DNA of 64,000 nt, taken from NCBI GenBank assembly GCA_030530315.1, contig JAUMVG010000003.1:62495-126494 (forward strand), given 5' to 3'. The notes under the pieces are model-generated. The model had not been told where the DNA came from and searched no databases. It was given only the letters and a program-made list of their open reading frames with translations. Made by a program: the position numbers and the translations under genes. Shown piece by piece: positions 47,449-56,370 of this stretch; position 1 is the stretch's first letter, and each line of letters begins with the position of its first letter. The stretch is from Clostridia bacterium (GTDB taxonomy: Bacteria > Bacillota > Clostridia > Christensenellales > Aristaeellaceae).

Positions 47449-48768
47449 ATGAAGAAGATCCTGGTTCTGATGCTGGCCCTGATGCTGGTCATCTCGTCCA
47501 TGGCGGCTCTGGCGGAAATTCCCGAGCTGACCAAGGAACCCCTGACGATCACCCTTTGGGACATCGCTCCCGAAGAGCCCAACAAGTCCATCCAGGAAGG
47601 CGCCGTGCAGCGCTTCATGGCGGACTATCCGAACATCACCGTCAATCAGGTGCACCAGCAGAACGACAACTACAAGCAGCAGCTGGTCGTGGCCATGAGC
47701 GCCAACGAGTGCCCCGACATGTACATCCACTGGGCGGGCGGCCCGATGGCCGAGTACTACAAGTCCGGCTTCGTCAATGACCTGACCGAGATGTACAACA
47801 AGTATGATCATCCGGACTTCATCGACGCCGCTGTGGCCCAGGCTTCCTACGACGGCAAGGTCCTGTCCATCCCCTTCGGCGGCCTGTCCGGCTGCGACAT
47901 CTTCTACAACAAGACCATCTTTGCCGAGGTCGGCATTGAGGTTCCCACCACCATCGACGAGCTGGAAGCGGCTTGCGACAAGCTGCTCGAGGCGGGCTAC
48001 GTGCCCTTCTCCCTGGCCAACGGCTCCAAGTGGACCGGCTCCATGTACTACATGTATCTGGTCGCCCGCCACTCCGGCAATGCCGAGTTCGACGCTGCCT
48101 ATGACGGCACCGGCTCCTTCACCTCTCCCGCCTTCATCTGGGCCGGCGAGAAGATCCAGGAATGGGTCAAGAAGGGCTACTTCAACGACGGCTTCAACAG
48201 CATGATCACCGACAACGGCGAAGACCGCATGCTGATGTACAACAACACCTGCGCGATGATGCTGCATGGCTCCTGGCAGGTTGGCTCCGTCATGACGGAC
48301 AACATGGACTGGTACAAGGCCAACTTCGGCACCTTCCGCTTCCCGGAGGACACCGAAGCCGCAGCGGCTGGCGTTCCCCAGAACGTTGAGATCGGCACCG
48401 CGGTCGGCAACGCCTTCTCCTTCAACTGCTGGAAGGAAGACGGCTCCGTCGATCAGGAGAAGCTGGATGCCTGCTACGTGCTGGCCACCCAGTACTACAG
48501 CGACGACCAGTACAACGCTGAGCAGGTCGCCGTTGGCCGTACCCCCTCCATCAAGGGCTTCGACCAGGTTGAGGACGAGAACATGAAGGTCGTCATCGAC
48601 ACCTTCTTCAACGCCTCCAACGTGCAGCTGTGGTATGACCAGTACCTGCCCGCCTCCGTCACCGAGGTGCACAAGGACTGCATGACCGAGCTGTTCGGCC
48701 TGACCAAGACCCCGCAGGAGATCGGCGAGATGCAGGATGCGGCCATGGCTGCTGCCCGCGAAGGCTGA
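47449..48768 (+). CDS. ABC transporter sugar-binding protein
   Basis: Signal-like N-terminus MKKILVLMLALMLVISSMAALA without a lipobox Cys; family-1 SBP length. Confidence 0.85.
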   Translation: MKKILVLMLALMLVISSMAALAEIPELTKEPLTITLWDIAPEEPNKSIQEGAVQRFMADYPNITVNQVHQQNDNYKQQLVVAMSANECPDMYIHWAGGPMAEYYKSGFVNDLTEMYNKYDHPDFIDAAVAQASYDGKVLSIPFGGLSGCDIFYNKTIFAEVGIEVPTTIDELEAACDKLLEAGYVPFSLANGSKWTGSMYYMYLVARHSGNAEFDAAYDGTGSFTSPAFIWAGEKIQEWVKKGYFNDGFNSMITDNGEDRMLMYNNTCAMMLHGSWQVGSVMTDNMDWYKANFGTFRFPEDTEAAAAGVPQNVEIGTAVGNAFSFNCWKEDGSVDQEKLDACYVLATQYYSDDQYNAEQVAVGRTPSIKGFDQVEDENMKVVIDTFFNASNVQLWYDQYLPASVTEVHKDCMTELFGLTKTPQEIGEMQDAAMAAAREG

Positions 48769-48781
48769 TCGAACGAACACT

Positions 48782-48836
48782 GAATGCCTTTGGCATTCGT
48801 GCGGAATACCCGCAGGACTTTCCCTGCGGGTATTCC
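48782..48836 (+). promoter_or_regulatory. Two stem-loops between the SBP and permease genes
   Basis: GAATGCC-TTT-GGCATTC 48782-48798 and 14-bp stem GGAATACCCGCAGG / CCTGCGGGTATTCC 48803-48836. Confidence 0.6.
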
Positions 48837-48949
48837 TTCATAAGGCCAATCGAATGCGTCGCGCCAGCTGACGGTCAACCGCATTGCGTGCAGTGGACGG
48901 GCGGTTGCCGGGGCGCATTGGATTATAACTAAAAGGAGGCGGAAGCCAT

Positions 48950-49861
48950 ATGGGAAAACACTCCAGAAGGATGCTGGCGGAGACGTCGCAAAAGGGCACG
49001 GCCCTGGCCGCGACGATATTCCTCGCTCCGGCGCTCATCCTGATCGCCCTGTACATGATCTATCCCGTAATTGATACCTTTGTCACCAGCCAGTACCAGT
49101 GGAACGGCATTTCTGCGGACAGGATATTTATCGGCCTGGACAACTGGAAGACGCTGCTTCAGGACTCCAAGTTCTGGGCTTCCTTTTCCCATAACCTGAT
49201 CGTCATGGTCTTTTCGATCCTGCTGCAGATCCCGATAGGACTGCTGCTGGCCACGTTCCTCGACAGCGTGGGGCGCAAGTCAAACATCTTCAAGATCATC
49301 TGGTTCTTCCCCTACCTGATGAGCTCGGTCGCCATCGCGTTCCTGTTCAATTACATCCTCGGCACCAACGACGGCCTGTTCACCTCCATCGCCACGCTGC
49401 TGAACGGCAAGCGGACGATCGTCGACCTGCTGGGCAAGAGCCCGCAGGCGCTGTTCGCGGTCATCGGCGTAATGGCCTGGCAGTTCACGCCGTTCTACAT
49501 GGTGTACTTTATCGCCGGCTATTCCAATATCTCCACCTCGCTGTACGAAGCGGCGATCATCGACGGCGCGAACCGCCGGCAGTACCTGTTCAAGATCGCC
49601 ATACCTCTGCTGGGCCCGATCTTCAAGACGGCCTGCACCATGTCGATGATCGGCTCCCTGAAGTACTTCGACATGATCTGGAACATGACCCAGGGCGGCC
49701 CCGCGGGCGGCACCGAATTGATGGCGACCTACATGTACAAGCTGTCCTTCCAGCAGTGGAAGATGGGCTACGGCTCTGCCGTGGCCGCCGGCATGTTCAT
49801 ACTGATCACCGTCATCGCGCTGCTGTTCCAGAAGATATTTGTCGTAAAGGAGGATTATTGA
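48950..49861 (+). CDS. Sugar ABC transporter permease
   Basis: EAAIIDGANRRQYLFKIAIPLL EAA loop, six TM. Confidence 0.9.
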   Translation: MGKHSRRMLAETSQKGTALAATIFLAPALILIALYMIYPVIDTFVTSQYQWNGISADRIFIGLDNWKTLLQDSKFWASFSHNLIVMVFSILLQIPIGLLLATFLDSVGRKSNIFKIIWFFPYLMSSVAIAFLFNYILGTNDGLFTSIATLLNGKRTIVDLLGKSPQALFAVIGVMAWQFTPFYMVYFIAGYSNISTSLYEAAIIDGANRRQYLFKIAIPLLGPIFKTACTMSMIGSLKYFDMIWNMTQGGPAGGTELMATYMYKLSFQQWKMGYGSAVAAGMFILITVIALLFQKIFVVKEDY

Positions 49862-49862
49862 C

Positions 49863-50750
49863 ATGACCAACGATGTCAAGTTGGCACAGCAGCAGCTTGC
49901 CGAGCAGAAATACAAGCGCGAGCGCGTCAAGAGCCGCGTCTCGTGGATCATCGCATGGTTCCTCGCGTGCTTCTGGATGCTGGTCGCGCTGATTCCCTTC
50001 GCCTTCATGATCTTCAACTCCTTCCGCAAGCAGTTTGACATGTTCACGCAGGGCGTATTCCATCTGCCGCAGCCCTGGGTTTTTGAAAACTACCCAAACA
50101 TCATACGAAACGGCTTCTTCGGCTATTTCGGCCGCTCGGTGCTGATCGTCGCCATCTCGCTGGTGCTGATGCTGGTCATCTCCTCCTTTGCGGCCTATCC
50201 GCTGTCCCGAATGAAGTTCAAGCTGCGCAACCTCATCTACGCCGGCATCATCGCCATGATGTCCATCCCCATGCACGTCACCCTGATCCCGATCTTCAAG
50301 ATGACCAACTGGATGGGCCTCTACGACAACAAGTTCTCGCTGATCGGCCCCTACGTGGCCTTCGCGCTGCCGATGTCGGTGTTCATACTGACGGGCTTCA
50401 TGATGACCATCCCCCGGGAGGTCGAGGAGGCCGCTGTCATCGACGGCTGCAACAAGTACAGCATGTTCTTCCGCATCATCTGGCCGCTGTCCAAATCCGG
50501 TCTTTCCACGCTGGCCATCTACAACGGCGTCTCGATGTGGAACGAGTTCGCCTTCGCCAACACGCTGCTGCTGTCGGCCAACCAGAAGACCCTGCCCCTG
50601 GCGCTGGGCCAGTTCAAGGGCGAGCACGCCATGGACATGCCGCTGATGCTGGCGGTGCTGGTGCTTTCCGCGCTGCCGATGATCATACTGTTCATCGTCT
50701 TCCAGGACAAGCTGGTCAAGGGCATGATGGCCGGCGCGGTGAAGGGATGA
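49863..50750 (+). CDS. Sugar ABC transporter permease
   Basis: EAAVIDGCNKYSMFFRIIWPLS EAA loop. Confidence 0.9.
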   Translation: MTNDVKLAQQQLAEQKYKRERVKSRVSWIIAWFLACFWMLVALIPFAFMIFNSFRKQFDMFTQGVFHLPQPWVFENYPNIIRNGFFGYFGRSVLIVAISLVLMLVISSFAAYPLSRMKFKLRNLIYAGIIAMMSIPMHVTLIPIFKMTNWMGLYDNKFSLIGPYVAFALPMSVFILTGFMMTIPREVEEAAVIDGCNKYSMFFRIIWPLSKSGLSTLAIYNGVSMWNEFAFANTLLLSANQKTLPLALGQFKGEHAMDMPLMLAVLVLSALPMIILFIVFQDKLVKGMMAGAVKG

Positions 50751-50949
50751 TCTTCAGTCGGTTCGATGGTTTGAAACAATAAATGTAGTTTACCAGTGTA
50801 AGGAAACAGTCAACAGGGAACAGGAAATGCTGCTGCCGCGCTGACTTTGATAACATTTGAACAGAAACGGCGGTAGCCACTATCCCTGTTCCCTGGACCC
50901 TGTTCCCTTGAATAACCCCCCTTACCAAAAACAGAGAGGAATGATCCAC

Positions 50950-52938
50950 ATGATTTACTACGTCAACGCCAACGCCCCCATGGAGGGCAACGGCCTGAAG
51001 GAGACCCCCTTCCGCCACATCGACGACGCGGCCCGCGTGGCCGTGGCCGGAGACGAGATCCTCGTGGCCCCCGGCATCTATCGCGAGAAGGTGACCCCCC
51101 GCCACGGCGGCACGGAAGACGCGCGCATCGTGTACCGCTCCGAGGAGCCCCTGGGCGCGGTGATCACCGGCGCGGAGATGCTGACCGGCTGGACGAAATT
51201 CAAGGGCAGCGTGTGGACCAACCGGGTCAACAACGGCGTGTTCGGCAGCTATAACCCCTATATCAACATGGTGTGCGGCGACTGGTACTTCGCCCCCACC
51301 GTGCGCCACACCGGCGCGGTGTTCCTGAACGACGCCATGATGTATGAGACCGTCACCCTGGACGAGTGCCTCGCGGGCGAGGCCGATCCCTGCGCCTGGG
51401 ACGCCGAGGCCTCCACCTGGAAGTGGTATACCGAGCAGGACGGCGACGAGACCGTGCTGTACGCCAACTTCCACGACCTGGACCCCAACGCCCAGAAGGT
51501 GGAGATCCTGGTGCGCCGCAACTGCTTCATGCCCGATGAGAACGGCATCAACTACATCACCGTCTCCGGCTTCGACATCAACAAGGGCGCGACCACCTGG
51601 GCGCCGCCCGCCGCCTACCAGGACGGCCTGATCGGCCCCCACTGGTCCAAGGGCTGGATCATCGAGGACTGCGCGGTCTGGGGCAGCAAGTGCTGCGGCA
51701 TCTCCCTGGGCAAGTACCGCGACCCCGAGAACGACATGTACTTCTACACCAAGCACGTGAAGAGCCCCACCCAGATGGAGCGCGACGCCGTGTGCCGCGG
51801 CCAGTATCACGGCTGGCTGAAGGAGAAGGTGGGCAGCCACATCATCCGCCGCTGCCACGTGCACCACTGCGAGCAGACCGGCATCGTGGGCCGCATGGGC
51901 GCGGTGTTCTCCACCGTCGAGGACTGCCACATCCACCACGTCTGCAACTCCCAGCAGCTGGGCGGCGCCGAGACCGCGGGCATCAAGCTGCATGCCGCCA
52001 TCGACGTGACCATCCGCCGCAACCACATCCACAACTGCATCATGGGCGTGTGGCTGGACTGGGAGGCCCAGGGCGCGCGCATCAGCCAGAACCTGCTCCA
52101 CGACAACCACCGGCCTGAGGGCATCCTGCCGGCCAAGGGCGCGATGTTCTCCAACGACGTGTTCATCGAGGTGGGCCACGGCCCGACGCTGATCGACAAC
52201 AACGTTATGCTGTCCAAGGTGTCTCTGGTCATGCCCTCCGAGGGCATCGCCTGCGTGCACAACCTGATGTGCGGTTCCTTCGCCCACATCAATTCCGGCG
52301 TGGACAGCATCGTCAACGGCCAGCGCGAGCCCCGCTACACCCCCTACCACATCCGCCATCGCACCGAGGTCGCGGGCTTCATGACCATCCTGCACGGCGA
52401 CGACCGCATCTACAACAACATCATCGTGCAGAAGCACCCCGTCGTCAACCCGGACTGCAAGCCGAACACCCCGGACTATGAGTACGCGGGCACCGCGCCG
52501 TTTGACATCTTCCCGTCCTATGACGAGTGGATCGCCAACTTCATGATGGACCGCGAACCCGAAATGCACGAGCTGGCCCAGTATCACTTCGGCCACCTGC
52601 CCGCCTGGGTGGACGGCAACGCCTACTTCAACGGCGCGAACGTCAGCCGGCATGAGAAGCACGGCCTCGTCGAAAAGGACGCCAGGGTCACCGTGGAGCT
52701 GGAGGAAGTGGACGGCAGGTGCGTACTGAAGAGCAACCTGTACGACTTCCTGGGCGATTTCCGCGACGGCATCATCACCTCCGATACGCTGGGCAAGGCC
52801 TTCGAGCCGGAGGAGCGCTTCGAGAATACCGACGGCACGGATATCGTCTTCGATCGGGATTACTTCGGCGGCCACCGCGGCCTCGCCACGCTGCCCGGCC
52901 CCTTCGCCGAGGGCGGCAAGGAGTGGCAGGTCTGGTAA
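50950..52938 (+). CDS. Right-handed parallel beta-helix glycosidase, possibly GH120-like beta-xylosidase
   Basis: N-terminus YYVNANAPMEGNGLKETPFRHIDDAARVAVAGDEILVAPGIYREKVTP resembles what I recall of GH120 XylC; repeated IHH/IHN beta-helix rungs; family call is from memory only. Confidence 0.55.
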   Translation: MIYYVNANAPMEGNGLKETPFRHIDDAARVAVAGDEILVAPGIYREKVTPRHGGTEDARIVYRSEEPLGAVITGAEMLTGWTKFKGSVWTNRVNNGVFGSYNPYINMVCGDWYFAPTVRHTGAVFLNDAMMYETVTLDECLAGEADPCAWDAEASTWKWYTEQDGDETVLYANFHDLDPNAQKVEILVRRNCFMPDENGINYITVSGFDINKGATTWAPPAAYQDGLIGPHWSKGWIIEDCAVWGSKCCGISLGKYRDPENDMYFYTKHVKSPTQMERDAVCRGQYHGWLKEKVGSHIIRRCHVHHCEQTGIVGRMGAVFSTVEDCHIHHVCNSQQLGGAETAGIKLHAAIDVTIRRNHIHNCIMGVWLDWEAQGARISQNLLHDNHRPEGILPAKGAMFSNDVFIEVGHGPTLIDNNVMLSKVSLVMPSEGIACVHNLMCGSFAHINSGVDSIVNGQREPRYTPYHIRHRTEVAGFMTILHGDDRIYNNIIVQKHPVVNPDCKPNTPDYEYAGTAPFDIFPSYDEWIANFMMDREPEMHELAQYHFGHLPAWVDGNAYFNGANVSRHEKHGLVEKDARVTVELEEVDGRCVLKSNLYDFLGDFRDGIITSDTLGKAFEPEERFENTDGTDIVFDRDYFGGHRGLATLPGPFAEGGKEWQVW

Positions 52939-53007
52939 TCCGGAAAACACTAAACAAATGGCCCCCTTTCAATCGAGGGGGCCCTTCTTACGAGGAGGAG
53001 CGAAAAC

Positions 53008-55080
53008 ATGAGAGCAACCAAGGCATACCGCCTGGCGCTGACCGACGAGGCAAGGAAGATCGTCGGGCAGATGTCCCTGGAGGAAAAGGTCTACCTGATG
53101 AGCGCCAACCTGGACATCAGCATCATGACCCCGGAGTACGTGGGCGAAATGATGTCCAACGACGAGATGCACTACAACGTCACCCCCTATGAGGCGGGTG
53201 GCTGCGAGCGCTTCGGCCTGCCGCCGATGAAGTTCGCCGACGGTCCCCGCGGCGTGGTCTGCGGCAACGGGCAGAGCACCTGCTTCCCGGTGTCCATGGC
53301 CCGCGGCGCCACCTTCGACACCGCCCTGGAGGAGGAGGTCGGCCACGCCATCGGGCGCGAGGTCCGCGCCTACGGCGGCAACCTGTTCGCCGGCGTGTGC
53401 ATCAACATGCCCTACAATCCCGGCTGGGGCCGCAGCCAGGAGACCTATGGCGAGGAGACGAACCACATCGGCGCCATGGGCGCGGCGCTGGTGCGCGGTG
53501 TGCAGGACGAGGACGTCATGGCCTGCGTGAAGCACTTCGCCTTCAACAACATGGAGAACGCCCGCTTCAAGGCCTCCGTCACCTGCGACCAGCGCACGGA
53601 AAAGGAGGTCCTGCTCCCCCACTTCAAGGACTGCCTGGACGCCGGCGCGGCCAGCATCATGAGCTCCTACAACCGCTACAACGGCGTGCACTGCGGCCAC
53701 CACCACTACCTGCTCACCGAGGTGCTGAAGGGCGATTGGGACTTCGACGGCTTCGTGATGTCCGACTTCATCTGGGGCGTGCTGGACACCGTCGAGGCGG
53801 CCAACGGCGGCCAGGACATCGAGATGATGCTGACCCACTTCTTCGGTAACAACCTGGTCCAGGCCGTGAAGGACGGCTTCGTGCCCGAATCCCGCATCGA
53901 CGACGCGGCGCTGCGCATCGTGCGCACGATCCTGGCCTTCGACCGCGGCCACAAGGAGTATGACATGTCCGTGGTCGGCTGCAAGGAGCACATCGCCCTG
54001 GCAAAGCGGGCGGCCGAGGAGTCCATCACCCTGATCAAGAACAAAAATGTGCTGCCGCTGGACAGGGCGAAGGTCAAGAAGCTGGCCCTGATCGGCAAGC
54101 TGGGCGACAAGGCCAACATCGGCGACCACGGCTCCTCCCAGGTGCGCGCGGCCTACACCGTCACTCCGCTGGAGGGCCTGAGGGCCGCGAACCCCGGCTG
54201 CGAGGTCGTGTTCGACGACGGCTCCGACCTGGAGCGGGCAAGGAAGGCCGCGGCCGAAGCCGACGCGGTGGTGTTCGTGGTGGGCTACAACCACGACGAC
54301 GAGGGCGAGTTCGTATCCGCCGAGCAGAACGGCAACTACCTGGGCGCCATCGGCGGCGACCGCAAGACCGGCCTCGGCCTGCACGCCGACGAGATCGCGC
54401 TGCTGAAGGCCGTCACCCCGGCGAACCCCAACCACGCCGTGGTGCTCATCGGCGGCAACATGATCATGATGACCGAGTGGTATGACGTCGCCAACGCCAT
54501 CCTGATGGCCTACTATCCCGGCCAGGAGGGCGGCACGGCCATCGCCGAGATCCTCTACGGCGACGTGAACCCCTCCGGCAAGCTGCCCTATGTGGTGCCC
54601 TTCAGCGAGGACGACCTGCCCTGGGTGGACTGGGAGGCGACGGACCAGTACTATGAATACTACCACGGCTACGCCCGGCTGGACAAGAACGGCGTCAAGC
54701 CCCTGGTGCCCTACGGCTACGGCCTTTCCTACACCCGCTTCGAGCAGTCCGCTCCGGCGCTGAAGGTCGACGGCGACAGGCTGGTCGCCACGGTTTGTGT
54801 GAAGAACATCGGCGACCGCGCGGGCGACGAGGTCGTCCAGCTTTACGCCGGCTACGAGAACTCCCGGATCGACCGCCCGCTGCGCCAGCTCTGCGGCTTC
54901 GCCCGCGTGAGCCTGGAGCCCGGCGAGGAGAAGGCCGTGGAGATCGCCGTGCCACTGGAGAAGCTGAAGTGGTACGATCCCGTGCACCGCGATTGGAAGC
55001 TTGAGGCGATGGAGTACACCTTCTACGCCGGCTCCAGCGAAGCTCTCGAGGACCTGAAGGGCGCAAAGATCGCGCTGTAA
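53008..55080 (+). CDS. Glycoside hydrolase family 3 (beta-glucosidase/beta-xylosidase)
   Basis: KHFAFNNME, GFVMSDF nucleophile region, and C-terminal GH3 and fibronectin-like regions. Confidence 0.9.
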   Translation: MRATKAYRLALTDEARKIVGQMSLEEKVYLMSANLDISIMTPEYVGEMMSNDEMHYNVTPYEAGGCERFGLPPMKFADGPRGVVCGNGQSTCFPVSMARGATFDTALEEEVGHAIGREVRAYGGNLFAGVCINMPYNPGWGRSQETYGEETNHIGAMGAALVRGVQDEDVMACVKHFAFNNMENARFKASVTCDQRTEKEVLLPHFKDCLDAGAASIMSSYNRYNGVHCGHHHYLLTEVLKGDWDFDGFVMSDFIWGVLDTVEAANGGQDIEMMLTHFFGNNLVQAVKDGFVPESRIDDAALRIVRTILAFDRGHKEYDMSVVGCKEHIALAKRAAEESITLIKNKNVLPLDRAKVKKLALIGKLGDKANIGDHGSSQVRAAYTVTPLEGLRAANPGCEVVFDDGSDLERARKAAAEADAVVFVVGYNHDDEGEFVSAEQNGNYLGAIGGDRKTGLGLHADEIALLKAVTPANPNHAVVLIGGNMIMMTEWYDVANAILMAYYPGQEGGTAIAEILYGDVNPSGKLPYVVPFSEDDLPWVDWEATDQYYEYYHGYARLDKNGVKPLVPYGYGLSYTRFEQSAPALKVDGDRLVATVCVKNIGDRAGDEVVQLYAGYENSRIDRPLRQLCGFARVSLEPGEEKAVEIAVPLEKLKWYDPVHRDWKLEAMEYTFYAGSSEALEDLKGAKIAL

Positions 55081-55085
55081 GGCGA

Positions 55086-55359
55086 GATGAAAATCATGAC
55101 CACCGGCTCTACCGGTGGTCATGCAGGATGTTGACAAAGTCAACAGACTGACAGATTGATGAAAAGCCTGCAAGGCAAGGCGGCAAGCCTGCAAAAAAGG
55201 GAGTTTACCCGGTCGTAAATGACCGCATTTTGCAGGCGCTGCCAACGAAGCAAGCAAGAATCCCACCTGCTTTTCTTCCATCAGGTGGGATTCTTGCGAT
55301 TGCGGGCTTTGTCAGCGGTCTGCATGACCACCGGCTCTACCGGTGGTCATGATTTTGCT
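55086..55359. repeat. Structured intergenic element bounded by two copies of a 29-nt hairpin
   Basis: CATGACCACCGG-CTCTA-CCGGTGGTCATG at 55095-55123 and 55323-55351 with inverted flanks (AAAAT..GCAGG versus CTGC..ATTTT); internal 14-bp hairpin 55256-55295. Confidence 0.75.
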
Positions 55360-55372
55360 GAATACGTGTACC

Positions 55373-56032
55373 CTACCCGTTGCCGCCCAGGAATTCCTCC
55401 AGCACCTGGCCGGTCTGGTGCATCCGCGTGGCGGCGTCCACCCCCACGTAGCGGTAGTGCCAGGGCTCGTAGCTGATGCCGGTGATGTCCGCCTTGTTTG
55501 CGGGATAGCGCTGGATGAAGCCATACTCGTGGGCGTGGGCCATCAGCCAGCTGTACTGGGGCGTGTTCTCAAAGCCGTCGCCGGTCTCCACGGTCACGTC
55601 GAAGGCCATGCCCGTCTGGTGCTCGCTGGCCCCGGGCTGCTGGGCCTTGCCGGGCTCGCTCTGGGCGTAGACCTCCTGCTGTCGCTGGTAGCTGCGGTAG
55701 CCGCTGGTGACGATGTAGCCGTTCATGTCGGCCTCCTCGGCGGCGTGGAACATCCGCTCCATGGCTTCGTAGGTCTGCCGCGTCAGCATGATCTCGCTGC
55801 TGGCCAGCCGGAAGGAGTGCCGCTGCTGGTACAGGTTCACCAGCTCGTCCGGCACGTAGTCCGCCTCCAGACGGTGGCTCTCGTTCACCAGCAGTATGTT
55901 CCCCCTGAACCGCGTGGACTCCACGCCGAAGTGCCAGCCCAGCCCGAAGGCCCCCGCCAGCAGCGCCACGGCCAGCGCCGCGACCAGTATCCTCTGCCCC
56001 GGCTGCTGCCGGCGCTTCTTTTTCCTCGCCAT
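55373..56032 (-). CDS. VanY-like D-alanyl-D-alanine carboxypeptidase (M15B)
   Basis: N-terminal anchor; SGYRSYQRQ, SEHQTGMAFD and EPWHYRYVG motifs. Confidence 0.85.
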   Translation of the reverse strand: MARKKKRRQQPGQRILVAALAVALLAGAFGLGWHFGVESTRFRGNILLVNESHRLEADYVPDELVNLYQQRHSFRLASSEIMLTRQTYEAMERMFHAAEEADMNGYIVTSGYRSYQRQQEVYAQSEPGKAQQPGASEHQTGMAFDVTVETGDGFENTPQYSWLMAHAHEYGFIQRYPANKADITGISYEPWHYRYVGVDAATRMHQTGQVLEEFLGGNG

Positions 56033-56115
56033 GCCGCTCTCCCCTTCGTACCCGGCGGCGCTTCCCGCCGCCCCTCTCCATCATCATACCCCGGGGAACC
56101 GCCGCTGTCAAGCGG

Positions 56116-56144
56116 TTGACAATTCCGGTCCCCTCTGCTATAAT
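56116..56144 (+). promoter_or_regulatory. Consensus sigma-A promoter of the ABC-F gene
   Basis: TTGACA 56116-56121, 17-nt spacer, TATAAT 56139-56144. Confidence 0.8.
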
Positions 56145-56370
56145 GGGTCCATCCAAGGAAAGGCAGGTACACCTGTACTGATGAAGATTCGCAACTGACA
56201 TCCGGCCGCAAAAATTCTCCCCTTCTGTTCCATCGGGCAGAGGGCCAGTTTTGCCGCCGTTTGGAGGTTGCGTTTTTTGCACGGCCGAAGTGTCGTTGCG
56301 CCGCGGCGGCAACAGCCCCGGCGGCACTGTGTTTTTGCGCTCCCTCCCCGGCGGGAAGGAGTGTATTTTT
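56145..56370 (+). promoter_or_regulatory. About 220-nt 5' leader with T-runs and an SD-sequestering hairpin
   Basis: T-runs at 56272-56277 and 56332-56336; CTCCCTCC (56340-56347) pairs with GGAAGGAG (56354-56361), 8 bp with one mismatch and a 4-nt loop. Confidence 0.55.

Noticed and set aside
55373-56032. A vancomycin-resistance (van) operon
   Set aside because: Only a VanY-like M15B peptidase is present. There are no VanH/A/X ligase-dehydrogenase-dipeptidase genes and no VanRS nearby.
56181-56198. Leader peptide MKIRN as the attenuation sensor of the ABC-F gene
   Set aside because: The nearest purine-rich RBS-like sequence (AAGGAAAGG) ends about 19 nt upstream, which is too far. It is mentioned in the ABC-F finding as a possibility but not called as a feature.
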